Assembly (NCBI RefSeq): GCF_037042905.1
Contig: NC_087245.1
Coordinates: forward strand, 1,798,001 to 1,862,000
Direction of reading: 5' to 3'
Source of the DNA: Lytechinus pictus
Lineage: Eukaryota
Length of the DNA: 64,000 bases
Shown here one piece after another: positions 13,980 to 26,189 of this stretch. A model generated the notes under the pieces. The model was not told the DNA's origin. It saw only the letters and a list, made by a program, of their open reading frames with translations, and made no database searches. A program made the translations under genes and the position numbers. Positions within the stretch are counted from its first letter, which is position 1, and each line of letters opens with the position of its first letter.

Positions 13980-16900
13980 TAACTGCATAGTGCTGTATAT
14001 CAATTTGAAAACAAAATTGCATAATTTGTATTTTTTTTTGCTTTACTGTACATGTTAGTACCAGCAACATCATTCCAGATGCTTTGATATCAACGCCTCT
14101 AGCACCCGAAAGATATACGAAAACATCGATGTGAATGGTCATATTCGTTAAGTGCGTTAAAAATAATATTTGCAATTCACTTAGCCACTTAACATCATGT
14201 TTAAGGACCATAACAAATGTCAATGATATGAAATAAGATATAAAGACGATTACAAGACATTTACGAATATTGAGAGGACTAGTCCGGCCATTTTTGATGT
14301 GCATGCATGGGCTGACGTTGAAAAATAAATGTTGTATGGCTTCATGAAATAAAATACTAAAAAGGATGCCGCACGTCTCGGAAACAGTAAGAAAATACAA
14401 CGTGCATGATTTTACAATAAAGCATCATAAACATCACACTCTTCAATCAGAATAGGGCAGGATTATTGAAAATTCAACATCAATAAGCCATCAAGAGAAT
14501 AAACGGCAGCTGCTATCAAAATTGATATCATAATATCCCATTTATATATGGTTTTGAATGCATCATGAAATTACTATGCATTAAATCATCATGTGAAGAA
14601 TTTATAAACTGACAGCTGCTCTGCTGAAACCAGTGTTATATGCTCCATGGTGATTTTTTCTTTAGCTTTAGATATTTCCAACTACAATGGAGTGAGTACA
14701 AGAAGCAATATGAGAAAAAAAAATTAACAAAAAATCAAATTGGATGAGGCAAAAATAATAATGTTTTCACTACGATGACATGTTTGCAAGCCAAATTGTG
14801 ACAAATAAGCGCATTATTTTACATGAAATAGTAATAGTTTTCCTTAAAGTATGGTGGCATAACACAAAAAACTGATATCTGATTCTGTTAAAATGTTTAA
14901 TGACGTACTGCAAGTGAAGTTAAGTGTAAATGCCTAATATTCTGCTAATATTCGCTATATCGACGAGATTACGGAAATGTATCATACAAATATCACGATA
15001 TGATTTATAACCTTCGGTGAATTCATTTCGAATTTATCTAGTAACCTTTGACAGATACATGTATATGAAGTCGAATTGAAACACTCGGGATTTTAGCATC
15101 GGTGACAATATCCCTAGTTTCACTTATAAATTCAAGCGCATGCATGCACGCATGATTTTGGGTGTATGCTACTGTTATATAGTTCGTAACACAACATCGC
15201 GCAGACAAGAATCGACAATTATATAAAACTTATACAGCCTAAATTAAGATATGGTTGTTCTTTAAGAGTTTATTTTAATCTAATTTTTAAAAATCAAACA
15301 TTTTCACAGCAATTTAGATCTTTTAAGCAATAAATATCATTAATCGAATATTGCTGTTTGAATCTTAACAATATCTTATCAGTTCATAGTAGACAGGGTG
15401 TATAAAGCGTTAAGATAATTTAAAAAATCTCTCTAAGGTTCAACCAAAGAAACGTCATTAAGCTGACTTGAAATTATCATCTAAAATCATAATTTTCATT
15501 TGATGGAACTGATATACAATTAAGCGTTTGTAGGAACGGTCGAATGAACGACAATGAATTTCTTATTCTCTTATACACCTTCTTATTTCCCTTTATCACC
15601 ATTCCGTTTCCTCTTATATTTATTCCTTTTCTTCTTCTTCTTCTTCCTTTGTACTCCTAATTATTCTCATTATTTTCCTTCTTAACTTTCATTTTCCCTC
15701 CTGCTTGTGTTCTCTTGTTTGTTTGTTTTGTTTTTGTTTTCCTCTTTCGCTTTTATATATTTTCTTTTGAAGAAGACTTTTTAAGATGATGATCGGACAT
15801 AGGTTGAATCCATTAGGTAAAATACATCCTTCACTTTGCTATTAGTTTCCATGGAAATGTGACAAATCTCTAGTCTAGAAATGTAATTCTAAGAGGAACA
15901 AAGAGTACAAATACAAGAGAATCTTTGGCTTCACACCAGATACTGTTACGCTATTCTATCGCACAAATGTAATAACAATAATAAACATGTAGACCGTGGG
16001 ATATTCGGCAATCTTTCTGATATTATTTTTGGTTTGGAATTACTTTACTCGTTCGATATAATATTGCATTTTTTAAGAATATCATTTGCTGTCTCGGTCT
16101 AAATCCTATATAATCATCATAATGTATAGGATAATTTGGAGACCAAACATATATTTCTTTCTGAGAGCTGATATTTCATTCTCTTACTTCTCTAACCGGT
16201 TTGATGTGTATATAGTACGATGATAGGAGAAGGAAGAAATATAAAGAATGTGCGATACAGGCTTACATAAGGAAAAGAGGAGTGTAGCTTTCGGAGCTGG
16301 TGAAAGCACATGTTTTCACTCGTATTCTTTCCATTAACGTGATATGCATTACCATATATTAAAACCCCAATATCAATTATAATTTGACTTTAATATAACG
16401 AAACGAAAATGTAAGGTACATGTATACCCATAATAAGGATTGGAATACTCATGAAATAATTTGTCATGATTACAGACAAAATACCATCCACGAAACGGTC
16501 CGATATGAAGCCTCATACTAATGGGAAAGGGCTCGGTAACAGGGGTCAATTAGACACATTCGAGAACTCCTATCTTGGCCATTAGTGTAATGATATCTAC
16601 TTTCACTTGTATCACACTATAATGCATTTCCTGCCATGATCATCACAGAATGATAATTGTTTGAAGTAGTTATAGTTATTATTCATTTTGTAATTATCCT
16701 TGTTATTGTTTGAATATTTTTTGTGTCTTTACATGTATTACCTTGTGAATACATCGCAATTCGGCCTTAGCCGCGATGATGTCTTGATTTTTATTAATAA
16801 ACCATTTTATCTATCTATCTATAAAGTGCACAGATAATTTCCAACCAAAATAAATTTAGTTTAAACCCTAAAATTGTCACGTTCAATGACTGTGTCGTTT

Positions 16901-17440
16901 TCCAATTTTCATTTTCCAATATTTATCCTCACATTCATCAGTTATTTGCTATTATCTGTAAATGTCATGATGTCCTTGGGGAATTGGCAAATTAATATAA
17001 ATAAGTTATTTCATACTATTTTCTAATCGTGATACATGGAAAGATTTTTTGGTGTGGGATTTCAACACATAAAACTTAATGTGTTTGAGCAAAAATAGGC
17101 GATGGTGCATTTGCTCTATATCTTATAAACATTAATGTACAAAATAAATATTATACAGTAAACTATTTAATGATTTATTAATGACGTGGTAGTCATAGTG
17201 CTTATTGCATTCTATTTGTAAGCGTTTTACAATGCAATTATTTTTTGTATTCATGAAATACATAGATTTCCATGCAAAGTAATTTCCATAATTATTGATG
17301 CCATTCAATCTTTATGCCACAAATTATATTTACTGTACTTGTTATTTTATTTTTTTAACTTTGTATTGATATTGTAAATTGACCCATCAGCCTTGCTGCC
17401 GGTCAATATATGTGCATAAATTATACCAATAAATAATAAA

Positions 17441-17630
17441 CAAGAGTTCTAAGACTCAATTGTTATAGGCATATAGGCTTTCACATCTTACCAGGCACCC
17501 ATTTAACACATTGGTGGAGAGTGGCAAAGTGTGGATTGACGCCTTGCCAAGTGACGCTATAGACTGCGGTGGGATTCGAACACACGACCCTCTGATTACG
17601 AGAATCTGAACCACTACACCACGAATCTCT
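17441..17630 (-). mobile_element. 5' part of a tRNA-derived SINE
   Basis: Minus strand reads gtggtgtagtggttcag (A box) ... gggtcgtgtgttcgaatccc (B box); body matches 36850-37040. Confidence 0.75.
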
Positions 17631-20600
17631 CACTTGAATCATAACAAATCATTCGATTCTGTACATGAAAAATAGCAAATACTGCCGGAGAGAGCTCAGT
17701 GTTTGTAAATTGTTAGCTTGCCTTGAATGAACAATCTGCCAGTGAGGCTACATTTTACTTACGGCATTGCATTATCAATCAACAATACACTTATTACATT
17801 GATATGGTAATATGATTAAAGTTCGTGAAAATTAAAATTGAAATTCTCACATAGACTGATAGATAAGACATAATAGTTTAGGACTCAGAAGCTTTAGAAA
17901 TTGTTTTGCAAATTTCAATGAGAAAGTCAAGAGAGACTCATAGATAATTGATTACAATCGAATGATTGCGAGGTCTACCGACACCCAATGAATTTCAAAT
18001 CGAGTTTATTGTGCTGGTATGCATATCTACATTATTGCCAATTGTCAGATAAAACAAAAATTAAACACTGAAATATATATATCTTAATGATTGAGAAAAT
18101 CAAGCAGTTAATGTCTGAGTTAGTTTAGAGGAAATTGTTGTCGTTTAATGAGAATATAATTTTTCATGTAAACAGTAAAGCTACATGTAAAGATATGTCG
18201 ATATTCGTATGTCTTTAAGAAACATTTTCTACAGTTCCCGATATAGTAGAGAACCTCACACAATTTGAACTGTTTATTATCGGTAAGAGCTCTATGTAAG
18301 TAAACATTTATTCATAGCGATATAATGACAGCGTAGTCATACACAACACAGATTATTCGGATAATACAATTCGTTTTGATAGAATGCAGTTTACACACGC
18401 AGTTGTAATTCAAAATAGTTGCTCATCTCATGCACTTAAGACCATTTGTAACAGGAAGACTCTGTTATGGGGGGGGGGGTGTTTCTTATTTCACAGTGGC
18501 TTTAATGAACATTTTACAGTAATATTTTTTCTGATCACATACAAAATAATCCTATTTTGACCAATGAATCATTTACTTATATAAACTTTTCATCCGGGTG
18601 ATTTCTCTTTTTCCTGTCTGTGATTCTCTGGCTATTTGGCTGAAGGTTAAACATGAAAAGTATCACATAGTGCCTTTAATCACGTCTCGGTTAATTGCTG
18701 GTCCGATGCATCTCTCCATACACAAGGATTGTAATTTAATTAAAAACCTCTTTTGTCGTTTGGTGTCATCTAATCTTTGCTCTTAACATGGTTGACACAT
18801 CGTATCAATCACAAAGACTCGACGTCATAGCTAAGCGTTAAGTCTTTACCATTCACTTTGCTTTCATCTAATTCATTATTCATTCTCTCTTCTCATGACA
18901 CTGGGTTGATTATTACCTCCCATCCCTCTGCTCCATACGTCTCAAATAATTTTAAACACTATTTGCGTAAATAAATGTCAAAACATAATTACGACAAATT
19001 GTATGTGGTGTTGATAAAAATACTCACTTATAGTTATAACGCTATTACAAAAATACAACGGACGGTTTTTATATACAAATTGGATATTGGCTCTTCTGTT
19101 TCCATGCATAATAAGATAATTACGATATATGGCTTAATTTTATTGCTTGTACGTGCTCAAACCACCATCTGAAAGACAACCCCTGCATTTTAAACTCAAT
19201 ATAGGCGTACAATTTCTTAGAGACACCATTCATGATTATGTACATGCGGTTATAACATTCAATAAGAATGTTTACGATGATGATGCTTTGACATTAGATT
19301 TACCCGTGCCATTGTCAGCTTTCTAAAAACAAAAATTGCATAGATAATGGTTGCAATATACACTTTATGAATGTATCTTCTTCTGTGTTACTATATGCTG
19401 CCGAGAGTGAAAAAAGAAGTCGTTGGTTAATCCCACCTGTCTTCATCAGATTGGAGCTTAAGTAGTAAATAATTACAAGTAAATTGCTTGGCCAGCCCTT
19501 GTCGTTGGTTCAGTATCTCAACGTGTCATCAGGTAAGGCTAACACAACTGCAAAATCATTTGCTTTCCAATCTCCTATATGTTTTTCTCTTCCTCGCCGT
19601 TCGAGTCATTTATGAAGATAAACGATTCAACAGGCATTAATTCTCAAGCGGTGTAATTTTGGCGTTTCTGTTGGAATTTATAGCCTCTTTATTGCTTTTG
19701 ATGACAGTCTCATGTGACGTCATCGTCAAATGAATTATTAGATTTTGCATACAGTGTCGGATATTCAGAGAGAGAATGGTACATAACTACAATGAATAGA
19801 GATGGTTACATCCAGCAAGTAGAGATTAATAATATATATTCAGCATGTAAAGTCGATATTTTTGCCATTTTATCATGTTTATAGCCCTATTTTTTATTTT
19901 ATGTCATGAAATTCAACAACTATAGTGTCCATTGACATTTTTTTGTCATTATAGTTCTGCAAACAGATATTTCAAATGAATTATCGGAGTGTAGTGGTTT
20001 CATTTTTAATACATTGTATTCAGAAGCATAAACATAGTTTTGTTTAAACTGACAGTTTATTGCAGTAAATAATATGAATTCTCTCAATTATTTCATTATC
20101 CCTAAGTGAAATTTATGTTTAGTTTGAAGAAATTAATTCGTTCGTTCTTAACATGACATTTAGGAGTGCTTGTTTTTTAATCTTTCATGTCGTTCTTTAT
20201 AATATTGAAGCACGAACGATTAGGGCATACATACAGATAATATCTAATGTATATATCTTCGGGCAACGTTTTCCTTTCCATTTTTAAAGCTTTGATGCCT
20301 ATCGACAATCAAATTTATTTGTTTTGCCAGGAAATGCTCAGAAAATCTATTTAAGCGGGAGGAATGAGTTTATTGATGCGTTTCATATGGCGGGTTCTAC
20401 TCACTTTATGTACTTTATGGTAGTGCACTTTGATTTAGAAGGAGTACAAAATGTCAAAGCAGGCAATGGTCTTTTAAAGGCATCCGTCGTGTAATTTAAG
20501 CAAACTGTGCATTCATTTCGTCAAATTTAATTAAAAAAAACTTTACCGGCAGGCAAAAATTGGTTCAAAATTTAAGATTTTCTTCTTTTTACAATTTTTT

Positions 20601-21640
20601 TTACTCTTGTAGAATATTTTGATGCAGTACTCAAGTCTGTGTGGTCCGAGTATTTTAGTATCACTCCTGTCTTTCGCTGGATTTCCCCATTGAATTTGTC
20701 TAAAATCGAAGACTACATCCAGTCTGTCTATCTTGAGTAACATTGTGAATCAAATGAAATTGCAATCTGATGACCTTTTCATTCTTGTACGAATTGATTT
20801 TAGCCCGATCCAAGCGAGCATGTAAACGCCAGAAAAACTGCTGAGAAATTAGATTGTCCCCAATCGGTTGGTTCATAAACGTACTGATTTGCTTATCTAG
20901 GTTATGATGCGACGCAGGCGGCGTCTCCTAGTGGTAAGCTGTATCCTATTTAAAAAAACAATAACAACAACAACAATATTAGAAATTGGAGTTTGGCATG
21001 GTTGGTACATTTTATATGTCATTTTACACCTTTTTTTCCTCTTTATTTAAGATGTTTTTAAAGCTTGCTGATATACTCGTTGACCTTTTAAAATACCTCC
21101 CGAAGCAAACGCTGTTACAATCATGACAATTAAATTGTATGCTATTATCAAGGAGATGTTGGTATTCATAAGTTTTTTAAAGTAAAAGTTACACTGGGTT
21201 ATCGCTGTAATATGGAATATATAACTCAACATAAATAGTAGGTTGTCACGGGGGGACGATTGAAAATTGACATAACTTTTTTCGCTTAAACTGATAGCCT
21301 TCGTCAATATCAAGATATTTATTCGAAATTTTATAATTTGATTTTGGTTTATGCACAAAGAGTCTAACATGATAGTTTTAAGCTTCAAAACGGTGTTTTT
21401 TTATCACAAAGAAAATTCAATGCATCTTATCGTATAGATCGGCAGACTGACCACTAACCGATGTCAAAAGACCGTTCTTCTGTCTCCTTGCACATGTTTG
21501 TGTGTTTGATTTATTCAATGAATGATTGCATGATTTAAAAAAAATGAGATTAATTACCTTGCTCAAGGGCATATAGTTCCTTGGTATAAGCATGAACCTA
21601 TTAATAGGTCCATGGTTTCAGGAAGGATCAATCTGATCTG

Positions 21641-21907
21641 GACCCCGTCTTACAAAGAGTTACGATTGATCTGATCAATCTCAAGTATATAGAAATCCAT
21701 TAATGTCATAATTCTTTCTTCAGAAAAGTTGCTCAACGTCCTTTGACAACAAAGAGACGCATTCTGAATTGTCAAGAAAACAGTGAATGTATGAATATAC
21801 GTTATTGAAGAAAGTACTTTGAACAACCATGTATTTTAGCTGTTGACTTTGCTGGCTTTCCATAGTTGCAAGCTCGGATCAATCGCAACTCTTAGTAAGA
21901 CGGGACC
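21641..21907. mobile_element. 267-bp Harbinger-type MITE with CTG TSD
   Basis: CTG|GACCCCGTCTTACAAAGAGTTACGATTGATC...GATCAATCGCAACTCTTAGTAAGACGGGACC|CTG; TIR related to the 11152 MITE. Confidence 0.8.
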
Positions 21908-22619
21908 CTGCGATATCAGAATAAATAGAATGTCCAAGTGAGATCTTTAGAACATATCCTGAAGATCTCATTCCCATCATTTTGTCGGGGACGGGATTTA
22001 ACATCAGTTATTCGTTGATAAGTATTATTACACGGTGAATGTAAAATTTTATCAAAACCTAATAAAACTATAGCAATATAAGGCACAAAAAGCAAAATTC
22101 AAATACGGTCATTATCATTCGTTTATCTAAGGGCCTACATTTACTATTATCCCTGGTCACTCCTGCCCAGATTGTACATAATATTCCCGAATATACGAAA
22201 TAATAATGTTCATGTAACATGATCTTCCACACATTAAACGTGTCTCAGTTGATAAAATGATAGATTTTAGCTTAGCTTTTAGCTTTAAAACAATCCCATC
22301 CTCACCAGTAAGATAGCGAAGAGAAACAGAGAAGATGACATTCTCAAGAACTTGAAAGTTTCTAGATTTATGGGAACACTTGGCAAGGACGCATGGCGAC
22401 ATTATATTAGACAAGTTAGATCGGTCATGAGAAATAAGATGAAGCCACATTAAAAGTGTTTCTAAGAAAAAATACTTTAAAGTAAAGACTCTCTGACAAA
22501 GGATTGTCGGGCGGTTGTATGTTTTCTTGTCATATTCTTTATTATTTCAAATTTAGTCGGTTCGCCTTTCGACAAATAGCCTTGAAATATACATGGATAA
22601 AATCTCAGCCAGTGTGTAG

Positions 22620-22775
22620 TTTCCTTCAGCAAGAATTATTTTCCAGATGGTGCTGCACTCGATCCAGGTGAGGTAAATGGCTACCTAGTAGGAATTAATT
22701 GAAGTGGATTGCGCTGTGAGTAATTTGATATGCGGTATATATGAACTGTTTATTATTATCATTTTTATCATAAAT
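22620..22775 (+). mobile_element. Degenerate SINE body fragment (same family as 58240-58452)
   Basis: ttccttcagcaagaatt...tgctgcactc.a.ccaggtgaggt.aatgg shared with the 58240 copy. Confidence 0.6.
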
Positions 22776-23168
22776 CGACAGGTGATTGGCTTGGTTCACT
22801 TTAATAACAAAAAACATTTTAAAATTCCAATATTATCAAAATATATCGGCGATGTCTTTTTGAGCTTAACATACATCGTTACCAAGTAAAAACATTCCTG
22901 CAAACAATGAGGTACTCTACTTTTCTTTTCTTGATGGGGCTCACAATGTTGAATAAACTACACTATGATTGTTTCATCCTAGATTTTACAGAAAAAATAA
23001 GAGTGGAATTGGCACTGTTATTGTCGAAATCGGACTTGCTATTGTGTCAGCTCGAGGGAGGTTTTACACAAAAATATATTTATCGTAAAAAAAAAACGTC
23101 GACAGGAAGAAATCTAGAGAAATATGCTTAACTGCAGCCAAAACCTTGATTATACATGAGTGCAAGTA

Positions 23169-23358
23169 CACACTTAAAATGTTGGGCAACATACTGTCCA
23201 CGGTGTTAGGTAATGTATATATATACTGGGCAATTATTATCCACTTGAACAAATTCATCACCCAATTTGGACAGATTTAAACCATTAGTTGTGTGGACAG
23301 TATGTTGCTCAGGGTCGGTCAAAAGTTGGGCATTTTTTGCCCAACTATTTTAAGAGTG
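23169..23358. mobile_element. CAC-terminus MITE with 2-bp TA TSD (family of 48602-48797)
   Basis: TA|CACACTTAAAATGTTGGGCAACATA...TTTTAAGAGTG|TA. Confidence 0.7.
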
Positions 23359-23464
23359 TAAAAGCGAAAAGTATGAGAAGTCTTTGCCTAATCCATCGTT
23401 CTTGAAAAAAAATGCAAATCATCTTAATCCATTAACTTTACTGTCCATGATACAGTGATTACAA

Positions 23465-23637
23465 AACTGCGCTCATTATTGTATTTTTTAAGTTCACACC
23501 TATTTACAAATAATGCGTAAAGCATTTCCATTTATTTGAATGCAGGACAAAAGAGCATAGGTGCCGTGGCCGGTGATCGAACCCCGGACTTTCCATGTAT
23601 AGCCAGGTGCCTTAGACCACTCGACCGCGGCACCTCC
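23465..23637 (-). mobile_element. tRNA-derived SINE
   Basis: Minus strand GGAGGTGCCGCGGTCGAGTGGTCTAAGGC (A box) ... GGTTCGATCACC (B box) followed by a non-tRNA body; no complete cloverleaf. Confidence 0.7.
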
Positions 23638-25107
23638 ATTGTGCTGATTCACGATACCATACATGTATATCGCATGTTGTGTATGAATACATGCATCAAT
23701 TAGATTGCCTACAAGGCACAGCTGCAAATATGAACACAATTTTATATACATCACTTTGTTAATAAATGTTGCTTCGAGCAATATAGGCCTACTACCATTT
23801 AGAAATATTGTACTCCTAAATTCATATTTGCATTGGTCCCTTCAGGTCCAAATAAAAGAAAGTATAGAGGTGCCATATCTCAGAAAAAGAGTGCTTCTTT
23901 TCGTTTTAGATAAAATTATGTAGGACTCTTAGTGATTGTCTTTGATTTATTCACTGATATTTTTTTAATTTCGGTTCAAACTGACCGAATGGAATTGAAT
24001 TGAAAATTTGAAGAAAAAAATAATGATAAACTAATTACATGTAATAAATAAAATGACATTAAAAATATTAGAAAACAGAAAAGTTAACATTCCTGAATTG
24101 GTATGAAAAATTATAGGTTTCCATTTAGAATGATTTCCACAACATCTCTTTACCCACTCATATTTTCATATAGGCTAAACAGCTCAATGCTATTTTACCT
24201 GATAGCTACGTGTGTTGTTTTAATGGGTTGAGTACGCTAAATATTTGAAATTTTATTTTAGCACAAATTAGAATATCAAATGCACAAATAGATAGAATAT
24301 TGCTGCTATCTCATAATACTTTGCTGATTCGTAATGTTTTTTATCCAGTTATTTTTTTGTAAAAGAGGAGAAGTGCAAACACTTTCCTACATTATGTTAC
24401 TGATAAAAGGAATATAATTATAAACATGTGCGCACCCCGCACACCTGCACACCAGTATACATATAATGCTCATGTTGTAATGGGTTTTTTAGAACAATGT
24501 CATTGGTTTTGTGTTAGCAACACTTTCTTGCGTAATTAAGGTTCTAGCTGTTTTCATGTAGCATTGGATTCTCTACAAGCCAAAATAAAATAGAGCGTGG
24601 GCTTACACACGTATAGAATATCTCTTGAGTACAAGAGGATCCCCAAAGTAAACAAAGAAAACCTCGAAATTCATTGCCTCCATTAGTTTAAAGACAAGTC
24701 TCTAAAAACTAGAAGTGCTTCAAATGTGATGGTCTACTTTTCTTGTATATGTGCCTATTTTTTGAAATGTCGAACATGATGTTTTCCAGTTTTGTTTCCT
24801 ACGTGTGTCTGCTGCCAAATTTGCAATGACATGCGATGCATGGTAAATAATCACATTCTCGTGGATGGAATGGTGATTGAATATGGTGAGCACGTCCCAA
24901 ACTGCTGTCTTATTCTAGTCTTCAAAACGTGTTAAGAATTTACGAAGATGATAATAATGAATATCGAAGCGCTTACCAATTTCTCCAATGAATATCCCTT
25001 GATCCACGGACCGAAATGCTATGTTTGATACAAGCATATTGGGCAGTATTTCTTATCATATCCCACCACCCCCTCCCCTTTGCAAAAATGAAATGAATAG
25101 AAATTAA

Positions 25108-25268
25108 TACCTTGGTCACATTGCTCTACGGCGGCCGGAAGGCGAGTCGAAAACAGCCGTTTTATTCATTTTAATTCAAACCACCTATATGCAGCTGGTA
25201 CAAAAAATGTTAAAACGGCTGTTTTCGACTCGCCGTACGGCCGCCGTAGAACAAATGTGACCAAGGTA
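25108..25268. mobile_element. 161-bp PIF/Harbinger-type MITE with TAA TSD
   Basis: TAA|TACCTTGGTCACATT...AATGTGACCAAGGTA|TAA; ~55-bp near-perfect TIR. Confidence 0.8.
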
Positions 25269-25950
25269 TAAGTGTATATTAAGAAAAGGAAATTTCTTTT
25301 TAACTAATTAGGTTCTTGAATAGAAACATACTATTTACATCTGTATTATATTGGAATTGAGATACCTTCGTTATCTGCCTTGCGGAGATATCCTTATTTC
25401 CAACCCCCATTTTACAATTCAAATAAATTCTATCATTTCGCAAGCTGCTAACTGCATCCTTGCTATGCTACACTTGGTTGCAAAGTTTCTCTTAAAATAT
25501 CACTCTACTTTACCTTTGCTTCCTAACCATGCTTCCATCATATATCTAAATAATAAGAGTTGCTAATAGCTAGAGGTTGAGACAATCTATACATTTATTG
25601 CCGAGGCTCAGACATTTCAAGAATAGAAGCAATTCAAAAAAGAGCAAACTGCTTCTATTTTTCTCACGATGCGCTCGGCATAAATGCATTTTAAAGTTTT
25701 CACCTCAATTTTAGGGGCCGGACGAAAATAGCCCCTAGAGCACGAGGCAATAGAAGGCAGAAATCAATATGGAAACCGTGCATTAAAACTAGTGACATGA
25801 TTCCCTTTGGGTACAGAAAAAATATCTAGACTTGTTACCAGACCAACCTTGGTTAAAATCTTTAATAACAGACATGAAAAATTGAAATTGAATTGAATTG
25901 AAATTGAAAATAAAGGAGAGCTATGATCTGGGGCCTATTTCATAAAGGTA

Positions 25951-26175
25951 CAGCGTCAGCGTCAAGTCCCAAAACAGCGTCAAATCTTCACTTGCAGCGT
26001 CAAATTTAATATTTGACGCTGCAGCGCATTTCATAAAGAGTTGACGCTCCAGTAGGAGCGTCAACTCTTTACTGGAGCGTCAAGTATGGTTACTGGAGCG
26101 TCAAATAGGGTTAAATATCTGACGCTGGTCATGGGGGAGCGTCAAGTTGACATTGTAAGGGTTTTTCAACGTCAA
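25951..26175. repeat. Left subterminal motif array (11 x AGCGTCA, both orientations, with hairpins)
   Basis: Copies at about 25952, 25958, 25976, 25996, 26015(rc), 26042(rc), 26057, 26076, 26097, 26120(rc), 26138; 17-bp stem taaagagttgacgctcc/ggagcgtcaactcttta at 26034-26071. Confidence 0.9.
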
Positions 26176-26189
26176 GTTCATTGTTCAGA

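Noticed and set aside
23560-23637. Possible tRNA gene
   Set aside because: Has A/B boxes but no proper acceptor stem or cloverleaf, and continues into a SINE-like body.
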